NCBI GenBank assembly: GCA_041737965.1
Contig: JBGSQT010000014.1
Coordinates: 5,509-69,508, forward strand
Source: Spirochaetota bacterium
GTDB lineage: Bacteria > Spirochaetota > UBA4802 > UBA5550
Reading direction: 5' to 3'
DNA: 64,000 bases
Shown one piece after another: positions 17,328 through 26,497 of this stretch. Positions within the stretch are counted from its first letter, which is position 1. Each line of letters opens with the position of its first letter. A model generated the notes under the pieces. That model did no database searches, was not told the origin of the DNA, and was given only the letters and a program-made list of their open reading frames with translations. The translations under genes and the position numbers were made by a program.

Positions 17328-18173
17328 ATGATGAGAAGAATCGCTTGGATCGTTTGCATGATGCTGGCGCTGGCCGGGACCGGTTTTGCGCAGGAATCCG
17401 CGGGGGGGTCAGAGCCTCTTGGCGTCACCGCGCGGTTGGATTACGCGAGCACCTACCTGTGGAGGGGAACCTATTTCTTCGGGGGCGACGGGGCGTTCCT
17501 CCCCACCGTTACCTATAACGTGCTGGGATCGGGAGTGGTGGTTTCCTTTATCGGTGAGTTCTCGGACGGGTATTTTTTTGAAGGAGAGGCGCGAAACAGG
17601 AACGCGGTCGGGTTCGCAAACCACGGACTCGATTTCGGCCTGGATTATTCCTATACCTTCAACGAGGCGTTTACCGTAGGCGCCGGTCTCTGGTACTACT
17701 GGTATTTCAACTCGTCCACGGCGGAGGGTACCGCCAGGACCAACCTGAGCTTTCTTTCAGGCAAGGCTTTCGCGAAATTCGACATGATTCCGCTCACGCC
17801 CACTCTGACGGTATACTACGATTACTATACCGCCATTCAGCGGGGCGGGGACGTGTATACCACCTTCGGGCTCGGTCATGAATTCGCGCTTACCGGGGAG
17901 GTGAGTCTCGCGGTATCGCTGAGCGCCGGTTACTACTACCAGAACAGCGCTGGGACCACCTCTTACGCGGGCACCGAAATCACCGACATCACCGTCACTC
18001 CGGTGAAGAAGGGAATCAGCGACATCACGACCCTCGTCACCCTCAATTACCGCAAAGGGATACTTGGCATCACCGGCGGAATGGGATACGTGATCGTTCC
18101 GTCGCTTACCTGGCACAACGGACAGGACATCCACCGGTTTTACGCCACATTCGGGGTCTCCTGCAGTCTTTGA
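17328..18173 (+). CDS. Outer-membrane beta-barrel protein (TorF/Gcw_chp-like putative porin)
   Basis: AGGAGG lies upstream of the ATG at 17328/17331. The signal peptide is MMRRIAWIVCMMLALAGTGFAQE. An alternating aromatic/hydrophilic strand pattern is present, including LDYASTYLWRGTYF. Confidence 0.6.
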   Translation: MMRRIAWIVCMMLALAGTGFAQESAGGSEPLGVTARLDYASTYLWRGTYFFGGDGAFLPTVTYNVLGSGVVVSFIGEFSDGYFFEGEARNRNAVGFANHGLDFGLDYSYTFNEAFTVGAGLWYYWYFNSSTAEGTARTNLSFLSGKAFAKFDMIPLTPTLTVYYDYYTAIQRGGDVYTTFGLGHEFALTGEVSLAVSLSAGYYYQNSAGTTSYAGTEITDITVTPVKKGISDITTLVTLNYRKGILGITGGMGYVIVPSLTWHNGQDIHRFYATFGVSCSL

Positions 18174-18194
18174 CATTAAGAGCCTCAGCGTATG

Positions 18195-18231
18195 AAAAAG
18201 GGGGAGCGTTTCGTAAGCTCCCCCTTTTTTT
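18195..18231. terminator. Bidirectional intrinsic terminator between convergent genes
   Basis: The pattern is A5, GGGGGAGC (18200-18207), a 9-nt loop, GCTCCCCC (18217-18224), then T7. Confidence 0.8.
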
Positions 18232-18268
18232 GCGGCATCTGATTTCGACGGACGCGGGATGACCTGTA

Positions 18269-19357
18269 TCAGGGACGCAAGGCGCTTCCTGTTTTGATCT
18301 GTGTGAACCCGAGTGGAAGCCAGCGGACGAAAAGGCCCAGCAGTCTGGCGGACAGGGGCGCCCTCTCCGGGACCGGGCGGTCCAGCAGGCCCTGTTCATG
18401 AAACCAGGCGAATGTGTCCCGCACCGTCTCGATGATCGGCCGCGGCCTGAATCCCAGGTCCCTCACCGCTTTTTCGTTGGATATGAACCGGTGGCCCGTG
18501 AGCGCGGCGATCGCTTCCCTGGAATAAAGGGGCTCCTGCGAAAAAACCCTTCCGTAAAGCTCGACAAAGGGGGCGGTCGCCCGTGCGATCCAGAGGGGCG
18601 ATATAAGCGTGGGGATGCATCCTCCGGCGAGCTCCCGTATCATCACCGCCAGCTCCACCGTGGAGGCCCACCGGTTCGACACGATATAGCTTTCGCCGCG
18701 TCTGCCAAGCTTCTCGGCCGCCAGGGCGGCGTCGGCCACGTCGCGGACGTCCACCCAGTCGAAACCGTTGTCGATTATTGACGGAAGCTCGTGGTAGTAG
18801 AGCCGCCTCATCGCGCTTCCCATCTGCGATGATCTGTAGTCATGGGGGCCTATGATGCCGGTGGGGTGCAGCATCACCGCGTCCAGGCCGCGTTCGACGC
18901 CCTTTCGTATTTCGATCACCCCCTCCGCCTTGGACCTGTTGTACGCGTATTCCTCCTTCCCCATGGACAGCGGCGACTCCTCGGTAATGATGCGGTACAG
19001 CGGCCGGCGCGAGTACGCGTAAATCGAGCTGAAGTGGACCAGGCGCTTCACGCCTGCGGCGATGCAGGCGTCAACCACGTTCCGCGTTCCGATGACGTTT
19101 ATCCGGTGCACGGAGCCGTCCCTGTCCCCGGAAAGCGAGATTTTTCCGGCGCAGTGAAACACGGTTCCGCACCCTTTTACCGCCTTTGCAAGCGATTCCG
19201 GGTCCAGGATGTCGCCCCGGACTATTTCGACGTCCAGGCCTCGTATCGCGGAGTCGTCGCGATGGATCAGGACCCGCACCTTCCGCTTTCGTTTCAGAAG
19301 GGCCCGCACGAGATTGGCCCCCACGTGGCCGGATACTCCCGTTATCAGCGATTTCAT
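18269..19357 (-). CDS. NAD(P)-dependent epimerase/dehydratase (extended SDR)
   Basis: The Rossmann motif is ITGVSGHVGANLVRAL and a YxxxK is present (YNRSK). At 362 aa it has a hydrophobic C-terminal tail. Confidence 0.8.
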   Translation of the reverse strand: MKSLITGVSGHVGANLVRALLKRKRKVRVLIHRDDSAIRGLDVEIVRGDILDPESLAKAVKGCGTVFHCAGKISLSGDRDGSVHRINVIGTRNVVDACIAAGVKRLVHFSSIYAYSRRPLYRIITEESPLSMGKEEYAYNRSKAEGVIEIRKGVERGLDAVMLHPTGIIGPHDYRSSQMGSAMRRLYYHELPSIIDNGFDWVDVRDVADAALAAEKLGRRGESYIVSNRWASTVELAVMIRELAGGCIPTLISPLWIARATAPFVELYGRVFSQEPLYSREAIAALTGHRFISNEKAVRDLGFRPRPIIETVRDTFAWFHEQGLLDRPVPERAPLSARLLGLFVRWLPLGFTQIKTGSALRP

Positions 19358-19452
19358 TTATCATCCTCCACACGGCCGGATCGTCCGGCATTTCGCCGCC
19401 GGGGCGGCTGGAGAATCAGCGCCCGGAACGGGTACGAAGTAAAGTGTTTTTT

Positions 19453-21147
19453 TTATTTGCGCCGCGGCTGTCCCGGCTTGAAGGCCCGTTTCTGCCTGAG
19501 TTTTTTCCCCATGTCCCTTTCCACGAATACCGGCTCGCCGGTCATCGGGTCGGCGCCGGTATGGTACATCAGGGTTGACCATGTGGAGGGGGTGGGGGTG
19601 AATATCTGCACCTGGCCGGGGACGCCGGCGACGGCGCCGCCGAGGTCGCGGGAAAGGCGTTTCATGTCGCTCTCCGCGCATCCCGGATGGGCCGCCATGC
19701 AGTATACGGTGAGGCGAAGGCGTTTCCGGTGTTTTTCGTTCAGTGATTTGAAGAGGCTGATGAATCCGGCGAGCTCCCCTCCGTTGGGCTTGCCCATCAG
19801 CTCCAGCACGCGCTCAGCGGTGTGTTCCGGCGCGATCCTGAGCTGTCCCGAAATGTGGTGCAGGACCATCTCCTCCAGAAACTCGCGGCCGTTCCTGGCG
19901 TCCCGCATCACCAGGTCGTACCGGATGCCGGAGGTGACGAAAACCCTGCGGACGCCCTCGATGCCGCGCAATTTTCTCAGCAGACGGATGTACCTTCCGT
20001 GGTCCGTCGAAAGCGTCCCGCACGGGTCCGGCGCGAGACAGTGGCGCCTTCCGCCGCATCCGGAACCGGCGCGGCACTCCATGCCGTACATGTTCGCCGT
20101 GGCCCCGCCGACGTCGGCGATAACGCCGCGGAATTTCGGGTGCACGGTCATGCGCCGCGCCTCCTCTAAAATCGAATCCTCGCTTCTGGAAACCACCGCG
20201 TTCCCCTGGTGCGCCGCGATCGAGCAGAAGTTGCAGCCCCCGAAGCACCCGCGGTGCGTCGTAAGCGAAAACCTGATTGTGTCCAGGGCCGTCACTTTCC
20301 CCTCTTCACTGTGCCGTGGGTGCGCCTCCAGCTCGTAGGGGAGAAGCTGGAACCTGTCGAGCTCCTCCGGGGAGAGATCGGGCTGGGGCGGGTTCTGGAC
20401 CAGAAAACGGTCCCCGTGTCGCTGCGCGATGCCCTTCCGGCCCGGCATGCCGTTTTTTCCGCAGAAGGCGAGGAACATCGCGGTGAACACCTCCCTGTCC
20501 GCCGCCGCCTCCTCAAAGGAGGGTATCTCCAGGAAATGGTCCGGCCTGTTCCGTGAGATGTAGCAGAGGCCGGGTATTTCCTTCGGGTCCCCGTTCCGCG
20601 ACAGCACGCCGGCAAGCGCCAGCACCGCCAGCTCGCCCATGCCGTAGACAAGGTAATCGGCCTTGGCGTCGAAAAGTATGGACCGCCTGACGCGGTCATC
20701 CCAGTAGTCGTAGTGGGCGACGCGGCGCAGGCTCGCCTCGATTCCACCGAGCACCACCGGCACGGTGTTCTTGAAACGCCGGCGTATCATGTTGGTGTAG
20801 GCGATGCAGGCGCGGTCGGGCCTTCTGCCGGGTTCGCCGCCGGGGGTGAAATCGTCGTGCCGCCGCCGGCTCCTGTCGGCGTTGTAATTGGACACCATGG
20901 AGTCAACCGATCCGGCCGTGACTCCCCAGAACAGGCGGGGCTCCCCCAGGCGGCCGATATCGGCGCCGTCGTCTCCCTGCGGCTGGGGAATGACGCCCAC
21001 CCGGTATCCGGCGTCGAGCAGCACCCTGCCGATCACCGCGGTTCCTGCCAGCGGGCTGTCTATATAGGCGTCACCGGTGACCAGGACCACGTCCAGGGAG
21101 TCCCAGCCGATGGCGGCGGCTTCTTCCAATGTTGTCGGCAGGAACAT
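19453..21147 (-). CDS. ygiQ: YgiQ-family radical SAM protein (UPF0313)
   Basis: The N-terminus MFLPTTLEEAAAIGWDSLDVVLVTGDAYIDSP is typical of YgiQ and the radical SAM cluster is CFGGCNFCS. The track start at 21162 is a TTG. I prefer the first ATG at 21147, which has GAGG upstream. Confidence 0.85.
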   Translation of the reverse strand: MFLPTTLEEAAAIGWDSLDVVLVTGDAYIDSPLAGTAVIGRVLLDAGYRVGVIPQPQGDDGADIGRLGEPRLFWGVTAGSVDSMVSNYNADRSRRRHDDFTPGGEPGRRPDRACIAYTNMIRRRFKNTVPVVLGGIEASLRRVAHYDYWDDRVRRSILFDAKADYLVYGMGELAVLALAGVLSRNGDPKEIPGLCYISRNRPDHFLEIPSFEEAAADREVFTAMFLAFCGKNGMPGRKGIAQRHGDRFLVQNPPQPDLSPEELDRFQLLPYELEAHPRHSEEGKVTALDTIRFSLTTHRGCFGGCNFCSIAAHQGNAVVSRSEDSILEEARRMTVHPKFRGVIADVGGATANMYGMECRAGSGCGGRRHCLAPDPCGTLSTDHGRYIRLLRKLRGIEGVRRVFVTSGIRYDLVMRDARNGREFLEEMVLHHISGQLRIAPEHTAERVLELMGKPNGGELAGFISLFKSLNEKHRKRLRLTVYCMAAHPGCAESDMKRLSRDLGGAVAGVPGQVQIFTPTPSTWSTLMYHTGADPMTGEPVFVERDMGKKLRQKRAFKPGQPRRK

Positions 21148-21207
21148 GACGGGCCGCCTCAACCGGTGAATGATTTCGCAGGATTGGTTTGCCAGGCGTG
21201 CAACGGA

Positions 21208-21597
21208 TCAGCCTCCCAGCGCGAAGTCGTCCGCCCGCACGGTGACCTGGTCCCCGGGGCGGACTTCCCGGAGCACCCGGTGGTCTCCGGTGATCCGGCC
21301 GATGACGTTCACCGGTCCGTAGGCCCTGGGCCTGTCGTCGGTGCTGAGGGGTGTCCTGCCGAAAAAGGCGCAGAAGGCGCGTCCCGTCGGCCAGAATGCG
21401 AGGTCTCCCGGCTCCAACAACTCAACGGCGTCCTGTTCGAGGCCGCATTCGCAGGGGACCTGGAAATATATTTCATCGCCCCAGAGGTTCGCGCTCCCCA
21501 GGAGGGGGAGGCATTCATAAATACTCCCCGCGCAGGGAGTGTCCCGAAGCGAGGCTTCCAGGAGCAGTTTCCCGCTCTGTATCACGATTCTTTTCAT
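21208..21597 (-). CDS. Cyclophilin-like fold protein (TM1367-like)
   Basis: 129 aa. WGDEIYFQVP, GDLAFWPTGRAFCAFFGRTP and VNVIGRI match the TM1367-type cyclophilin-like family as I recall it. Confidence 0.75.
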   Translation of the reverse strand: MKRIVIQSGKLLLEASLRDTPCAGSIYECLPLLGSANLWGDEIYFQVPCECGLEQDAVELLEPGDLAFWPTGRAFCAFFGRTPLSTDDRPRAYGPVNVIGRITGDHRVLREVRPGDQVTVRADDFALGG

Positions 21598-21713
21598 AAT
21601 TAATACGTCCCATCACCTCATGCTCTTCACAGAGACCGGCCCGTACCGGTCCCTGTCAACAGCTATTCTCTCCGATTATTCATTTCGGCACCAGGCCGGC
21701 AACGGTGTCCGGA

Positions 21714-22169
21714 TCACCGGCTGCTGAAAAAGCTGTGCACTATCCTCTCAGCCGGGAGCTTTGTCAGGTCAAGAAGAATGTTCTTTTTCAGCCTGCCCAT
21801 CAGCTCCGGCCTGATGCCGCCCAGGATTTCGCCGTTCAGCTTCTTGGGCGCGGCGAAATACCATTCTCCGGCGTTGCGTTTCAAAAGGAGACTATTGACC
21901 TGATCCGCGATGTTTCGCGCGGTCCGTTTTTTCGTCTCCTCTATGATGTTGTTGGGATCGCCGGAATTGTAGGCGGCCGTCCCGTTTCCTCCGAGGCCCC
22001 TGAACCTTCCCGACCTGTCGCTCACGGTATCGCTCAGTTTTTTGTGGGGGGCGATATTGTCGAAGCTGGTGAGCGCGACAAGATCGATCCTGCCGGAGCG
22101 TTTTCGCTCTTGTACGTTGAAGGCCTTGAAATGCTCTAAATCGGTGACGATTAACAGCGTTTCGTTCAT
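21714..22169 (-). CDS. Host-attachment-protein-family (eRF1-like fold) protein
   Basis: The layout is MNETLLIVTDLEHFKAF...SDRSGRF...EETKKRTARNIADQVNSLL...WYFAAPKKLNGEILGGIRPELMGRLKKNILLDLTKLP, which resembles the Host_attach family. I chose the ATG at 22169, with AGGGAG 6 nt upstream. Confidence 0.5.
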   Translation of the reverse strand: MNETLLIVTDLEHFKAFNVQERKRSGRIDLVALTSFDNIAPHKKLSDTVSDRSGRFRGLGGNGTAAYNSGDPNNIIEETKKRTARNIADQVNSLLLKRNAGEWYFAAPKKLNGEILGGIRPELMGRLKKNILLDLTKLPAERIVHSFFSSR

Positions 22170-22336
22170 ACGCATCTCCCTGAATGGTATAAGTATCCCG
22201 CCGGACTCCCGCGTGCGTTCCGGCGTTATGCATACAATGTACCCTGTTTTCGGGCATTTTCCAAGGGGGGCATCAATTTCTTTGTACACGAGCCGCGCAG
22301 GGGTGCCGGCGGCTCACCTGGTAAATTATCGCGCGG

Positions 22337-23176
22337 TCACGCGCCCAGCTCGCGCCTGAGGGAGGCGCGCGTCCACAGGAATTTCACGGTCCGCAGTACC
22401 GCGAAGACCAGCACGGACGTGAATATGATGGCTGCGCCCGAGGGGACGTCAAGGATTGCCGAAATCAGCAGGCCGGACACCGAGGAGAACAGGCCGATGA
22501 TCACCGAAAGGGCGATTATTTTTCTGAATTCCCCGGTGAAGATCGAGGCCGCGGCCTGGGGGATGGTGAGGAGCGATATCACCAGTATGATTCCCGCAAC
22601 GCGGATGCACAGGACGATGACAAGCGCAGTGAGGCCGAGGACCAGGTAGTTTATCGCCCGCACCGGGAGCCTTCTGGTGAGTGAAAATTCCTCGTCAAAG
22701 GCGATGAAGAGGATCTCCCGGAAAAAAAGCGAAAAGATTATGACCACAGCCAGGGAAACGGCGACCATGAGGAGAAGATGGAGGTCCGTGACGGTGAGTA
22801 TGCTCCCGAAAAGATAGCTCATAAGGTCTGGGGCGTATCCGGGGGTGATGTACACGAAAATGATCCCCACGGCCATGCCGAATGACCAGATAACCCCGAT
22901 CAGGGAATCGACCCTCATGGAGGCCCTGCGCGATACAAGGTCGATCCCCGCCGAACAGGCCACGGCGAAGGCGGCTGCGCCGATTATGGGGTCGAAGCCG
23001 AAATAATACGCCATGCCGATCCCGCCAAATGAGGCGTGGGAGATGCCGCCGCTCATAAACACCATGCGGCGCGACACGATGTAGGTCCCGATGATCCCGC
23101 AGCTTATGCTCGCCAGCGCCGCCGCGGCCAGTGCCCGGTAAAAAAACTGGTAGCTGAAAAGCTCGGCCGCGGTCAT
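22337..23176 (-). CDS. Metal (Zn/Mn-type) ABC transporter permease (ABC-3 family)
   Basis: 279 aa and very hydrophobic (8-9 TM segments). It overlaps the upstream ATPase gene by 4 nt and has the typical ZnuB/MntB/TroC layout. Confidence 0.85.
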   Translation of the reverse strand: MTAAELFSYQFFYRALAAAALASISCGIIGTYIVSRRMVFMSGGISHASFGGIGMAYYFGFDPIIGAAAFAVACSAGIDLVSRRASMRVDSLIGVIWSFGMAVGIIFVYITPGYAPDLMSYLFGSILTVTDLHLLLMVAVSLAVVIIFSLFFREILFIAFDEEFSLTRRLPVRAINYLVLGLTALVIVLCIRVAGIILVISLLTIPQAAASIFTGEFRKIIALSVIIGLFSSVSGLLISAILDVPSGAAIIFTSVLVFAVLRTVKFLWTRASLRRELGA

Positions 23177-23922
23177 TTCCCGTGCCTCTTCAATACCGTA
23201 TGGGGGAAGTCCCCGTGTCCCACCAGGCGCACCGGGCAGCCCACTGAATCGAAGAGTTCCCGGGAAAACTCCTCCGCTTCGTGGTAGTGCAGGGATTCGT
23301 TCACGCAGGCGATGTTCTTCACCGCGGGGAGGACCGCGCCGATGTCGTGGGACACTATGACGATCCCGATCTCCCGGTTGATCTCCCGAAGGATGTCGTT
23401 CAGGTTTCCGGAGAATCCTCCGTCAACGTAGGCGTCCGGCTCGTCCAGCACCAGAAGGCGCGGCGACGAGGCCAGGGCCCTGCAGAGAAAGGCCCTCTGG
23501 GTCTGGCCGCCCGAGAGTTCCGCCAGGGGCCTCTTCCGCAGGTGCGTCAGCCCGAAGCGCTCCAGAAGCCGGTCGACCCTTTCCCTGTCGCCGGCGCCGA
23601 TTCTTCTCATTAATTTCGACCCCTCGTAGAGGCCGGACATCGCGATCTCCTCCACCGTGATGGGGAAGTCCCGGTCCACTGATTTGTGCTGGGGCAGATA
23701 ACCGAAATCTTTTCCGCTCCAGGAGGGGTCGTGTCTGATCACCTCGCCTGAAAAGGGGCGTATCAGCCCGAGGATGACCCTGAGAAGGGTCGTCTTGCCG
23801 CCGCCGTTTGGGCCGATGATGCCGAGGAAGTCACGTTCATACACCGACAGGGAGACGTCCCTGAGGACCACCCTGTCGCGGTATCCGGCGGACACGGACG
23901 CGAGTTCAATCAGTTTTTTCAT
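23173..23922 (-). CDS. Metal ABC transporter ATP-binding protein
   Basis: Walker A is GPNGGGKTT, the signature is LSGGQTQR and Walker B is LLVLDEP. Confidence 0.9.
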   Translation of the reverse strand: MKKLIELASVSAGYRDRVVLRDVSLSVYERDFLGIIGPNGGGKTTLLRVILGLIRPFSGEVIRHDPSWSGKDFGYLPQHKSVDRDFPITVEEIAMSGLYEGSKLMRRIGAGDRERVDRLLERFGLTHLRKRPLAELSGGQTQRAFLCRALASSPRLLVLDEPDAYVDGGFSGNLNDILREINREIGIVIVSHDIGAVLPAVKNIACVNESLHYHEAEEFSRELFDSVGCPVRLVGHGDFPHTVLKRHGK

Positions 23923-24778
23923 GCCCCTCTCCGAGCGATTTCGCGATGGCCGCGGCGGTCCTTTCCATTCCTCCGAGATAGTCCGGGTCCAGCGGGTCCA
24001 GCGGGACCACGTCGCCGCCGATTTCCCTGGCGACTGAGCGCGCGGTGTCCGAAGGGAACTGGCTCTGTATGAAAACGGCGCGGGCCCCCTCCCTTTTGGC
24101 GAGCTGGATGATGCCGGCGATGCCGGCCGGGCCGGGCGTTTTTCCGTCGCGCTCCACGGCCGCCTGGACCAGTCCGTAGTCCCTGGCGAAATACGACCAG
24201 GCGGGATGGTACACGATGAATGTCCGGCCCCTGTAAGGGGAGAGAAGGCGGGCGATTACCTCGTCGGTCCTGTCTATGTCGGCGATGAGGCCGCGGTAGT
24301 TTGCCCGGAAGTAGTCGGCGGATCCGGGGTCCGCGGCGGCCAGAGTCTCCATCATGTGTTTCGCCATTATACGGGCCGATTTAAGGGAAACCCAGAGGTG
24401 CGGGTCCGGTCCGTCGCCGTGCCCGCCGTGCCCCGTTATCGGCTCTATGCCGGCCGACGTGTCCGCCACCGTCATGTCCGGGTTCGCCTGGACAAGCGAC
24501 GCCATGTTGGCCCTTTCGAAAGGTATCGGGCCCACGCGGAAGTAAATGGCCGCGCCCGATGCGGCTCTCATCCTGCCCGGGGTCAGTTCCCTGGACTCGG
24601 GGCTGTATCCCGGGGGGAGCAGAACCGCCACCCTGTATCTGTTGCCGGCGATCCGTTCCGCAAGGTACTTCTGCGGCAGTATCGACACCGCCACGGTCCG
24701 GTGCCCTTCCGGTGAAGAGCAGTTCATCGCAGCCGTGACGGCAAGGGCCGCCAAGGCGATTTTCGGGGCCCACGGCAT
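23906..24778 (-). CDS. Metal ABC transporter substrate-binding protein (ZnuA/TroA cluster-9 family)
   Basis: The signal sequence is MPWAPKIALAALAVTAAMNCSSPEG. The metal-site region ITGHGGHGDGPDPHLW and a later YHPAWSYF are present. The internal ATG at 24778 is preferred over 24901. Confidence 0.8.
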   Translation of the reverse strand: MPWAPKIALAALAVTAAMNCSSPEGHRTVAVSILPQKYLAERIAGNRYRVAVLLPPGYSPESRELTPGRMRAASGAAIYFRVGPIPFERANMASLVQANPDMTVADTSAGIEPITGHGGHGDGPDPHLWVSLKSARIMAKHMMETLAAADPGSADYFRANYRGLIADIDRTDEVIARLLSPYRGRTFIVYHPAWSYFARDYGLVQAAVERDGKTPGPAGIAGIIQLAKREGARAVFIQSQFPSDTARSVAREIGGDVVPLDPLDPDYLGGMERTAAAIAKSLGEGHEKTD

Positions 24779-25129
24779 GACGTGGCGGTGAGGCGAGAAT
24801 CGCACACGCGTGGGGATGATACGTATCGTGTTCACAGCGGGTTCCCCCTGGAAATCCTCATGAATTTCACGCACTATGTCGCCGGACCCGGACACTGTCA
24901 AATGAATTTTTCGCCGCTATTTTATCGCATTCGTGAAGGTTTTTTGCTTGCCAACGGCTATAATGTGATACCATACGCTAACGGCGTGTGTCCGTCCGGT
25001 AAAAGCCGCATGGGAAAAGCGCCTGATGCGGTCCGGTGCCCGTATCCGTACATCGGATCCGGGCCGGTCCCGCGGAAGGAAACAGCGGCGGTGTCTTTTA
25101 ATTTTTTTTTTGAAATAAGAGGTGTATAA

Positions 25130-25402
25130 ATGAAAAAAGTGGCTCTGTGGGTGGTGATTTTCCTTTGTCTTCCGGCGCTCGTTTTCGTGAGAACCGCAAG
25201 GGCAGCAGGAATTGCCGCGCTCTCCGGGGATCACTCCGGGATGATATGCCAGGCTTCCGACGATGGAACGGATGACGGAGGCGATCAATACGAAGACCCT
25301 GATGAAGGGGACGGTTCCGATGACGGTACGTACGATTCGGGCGATGATGACGGATCGGACCTCGATATGGACGACGATTACGGCGATGATGCCGAGGAAT
25401 AA
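25130..25402 (+). CDS. Small secreted poly-acidic (Asp/Gly-rich) protein
   Basis: AGAGGTG lies upstream of the ATG. The signal peptide is MKKVALWVVIFLCLPALVFVRTARA. The mature part of about 65 aa is dominated by D, G and E (DDGTDDGGDQYEDPDEGDGSDDGTYDSGDDDGSDLDMDDDYGDDAEE). A terminator hairpin follows. Confidence 0.6.
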   Translation: MKKVALWVVIFLCLPALVFVRTARAAGIAALSGDHSGMICQASDDGTDDGGDQYEDPDEGDGSDDGTYDSGDDDGSDLDMDDDYGDDAEE

Positions 25403-25421
25403 CCGCTGATCCGGACATTTC

Positions 25422-25463
25422 AGGCGGTTACCTCCGCGATACACGGGAGTAACCGCCTTTATT
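25422..25463 (+). terminator. Rho-independent terminator after the acidic-protein gene
   Basis: The stem is AGGCGGTTAC (25422-25431) / GTAACCGCCT (25449-25458), followed by TTTATT. Confidence 0.6.
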
Positions 25464-25905
25464 CCGCGTATACGTGCGGTCATATCCAAAAGGTGAATTT
25501 CATCAATCAATAGATAGACTGCTGTTTCTTTTCTCTTCTGTAGTTCCGGGACGGCATTCAGAAATACGGCGTACAAATATCCGCACCCTTCCAACCCGGT
25601 GTCCTCACGCCGGTCCAGCCTCAAGAAAATCGAAAAAATATCGGTTCAGTTAAAAAAATGTTTGTGTAATTCAGCCGTTTTTTTTAAGTGAATTCTCGAA
25701 TAGTGCGGGTTGCGTAAAGGCTCGGGCAATCCCCTGTGGGACGAAAGGGCCAAATCAAAGAAAAAAGGAGGGCTCCCGCGACAAAAAGCCGGACCGTTCC
25801 GACGTGCTACACGCGGTACCGGTGATTTTTACAACACAGCATAGAGAAGCATCACCCGGTGGTGCCGCTGCTGATATCGTGAAACTATCTTTCGTAGGAG
25901 GGGTT

Positions 25906-26496
25906 ATGAACAGCAACACACTGCTGGAAGAGGCTGTTATACCCGGCAGGGTATACGCCGGAAGCATCGCCATAGGGAACAGGATTCCCAAAGACTACTT
26001 CATCACACGCGGGAAAGGCCAGAGCGACATAACCGTTCACGCCGGATCCTACCACCTCGCCCTCCTCGAAGCGGGCATTGAGATGTGCAACATCATGACC
26101 TACTCGTCAATACTCCCCTCCATAGCAAGAAAGGTCGAAAAAACCGGAAAGCTGGTGCACGGATCGGTCATGGAGACGATCATGGCCGTGGCCAATTCAG
26201 AAAACGGTGTGCGGGCGACCGCGGGCATAATATACGGATGGCTTTACGACAGGATCACCGGCGAGCGGTACGGCGGGCTGGTGTGCGAATACAACGGCGA
26301 TAAAGAGGAGGCGGACGCGGAGTCCCAGCTCAGGGCAAGCCTGCGCGAGCTGTACGAAAACGGCTATTCCGAGAGGTTCGATATGGACGATATCACCCTG
26401 ATCTCGGAAAGCTTCATACCGGAAAAAAAATACGGCACCGCGGTCGTGGCGCTCTGTTTTCTCAATTATCTGATCCCGCTTGCCGGAGGCGCATAG
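25906..26496 (+). CDS. pdaD: Pyruvoyl-dependent arginine decarboxylase (divergent PdaD paralog)
   Basis: AGGAGG lies upstream of the ATG at 25906. IPKDYFITRGKGQSD...HLALLEAGIEMCNIMTYSSILP follows the PdaD pattern (xTxGxG...ALxxAGI..xNLxxxSSIxP). Agmatinase follows immediately. Confidence 0.75.
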   Translation: MNSNTLLEEAVIPGRVYAGSIAIGNRIPKDYFITRGKGQSDITVHAGSYHLALLEAGIEMCNIMTYSSILPSIARKVEKTGKLVHGSVMETIMAVANSENGVRATAGIIYGWLYDRITGERYGGLVCEYNGDKEEADAESQLRASLRELYENGYSERFDMDDITLISESFIPEKKYGTAVVALCFLNYLIPLAGGA

Positions 26497-26497
26497 T

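Noticed and set aside
18842-20338. Very long track ORFs that look like genes by length alone. Examples: 18842..20338 + (498 aa), 45..659 +, 91..1002 +, 26462..27289 -, 35055..36158 +, 50792..51862 +, 51249..52118 -, 24917..25624 -, 28785..29435 -, 62818..63603 -.
   Set aside because: Each lies antisense to, or out of frame with, a gene that has clear family motifs. Their translations are Arg/Pro/Gly/Ala-rich low-complexity strings typical of open non-coding frames in high-G+C DNA. They also lack SD sequences.
24779-25129. Zur/Fur/MntR operator in the divergent region between the metal-binding-protein gene and the acidic-protein gene.
   Set aside because: A TATAAT hexamer is present (24959-24964), but there is no properly spaced -35 box and no convincing AT-rich palindrome of the Zur/Fur type by eye. 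I am therefore not reporting a site.
25600-25905. Guanidine-I (ykkC) or other known riboswitch upstream of pdaD.
   Set aside because: Fragments such as ACACGCGG and AAAAGCCGG appear, but in the wrong order and spacing relative to the ykkC consensus as I remember it. The match is not supportable without a covariance-model search.
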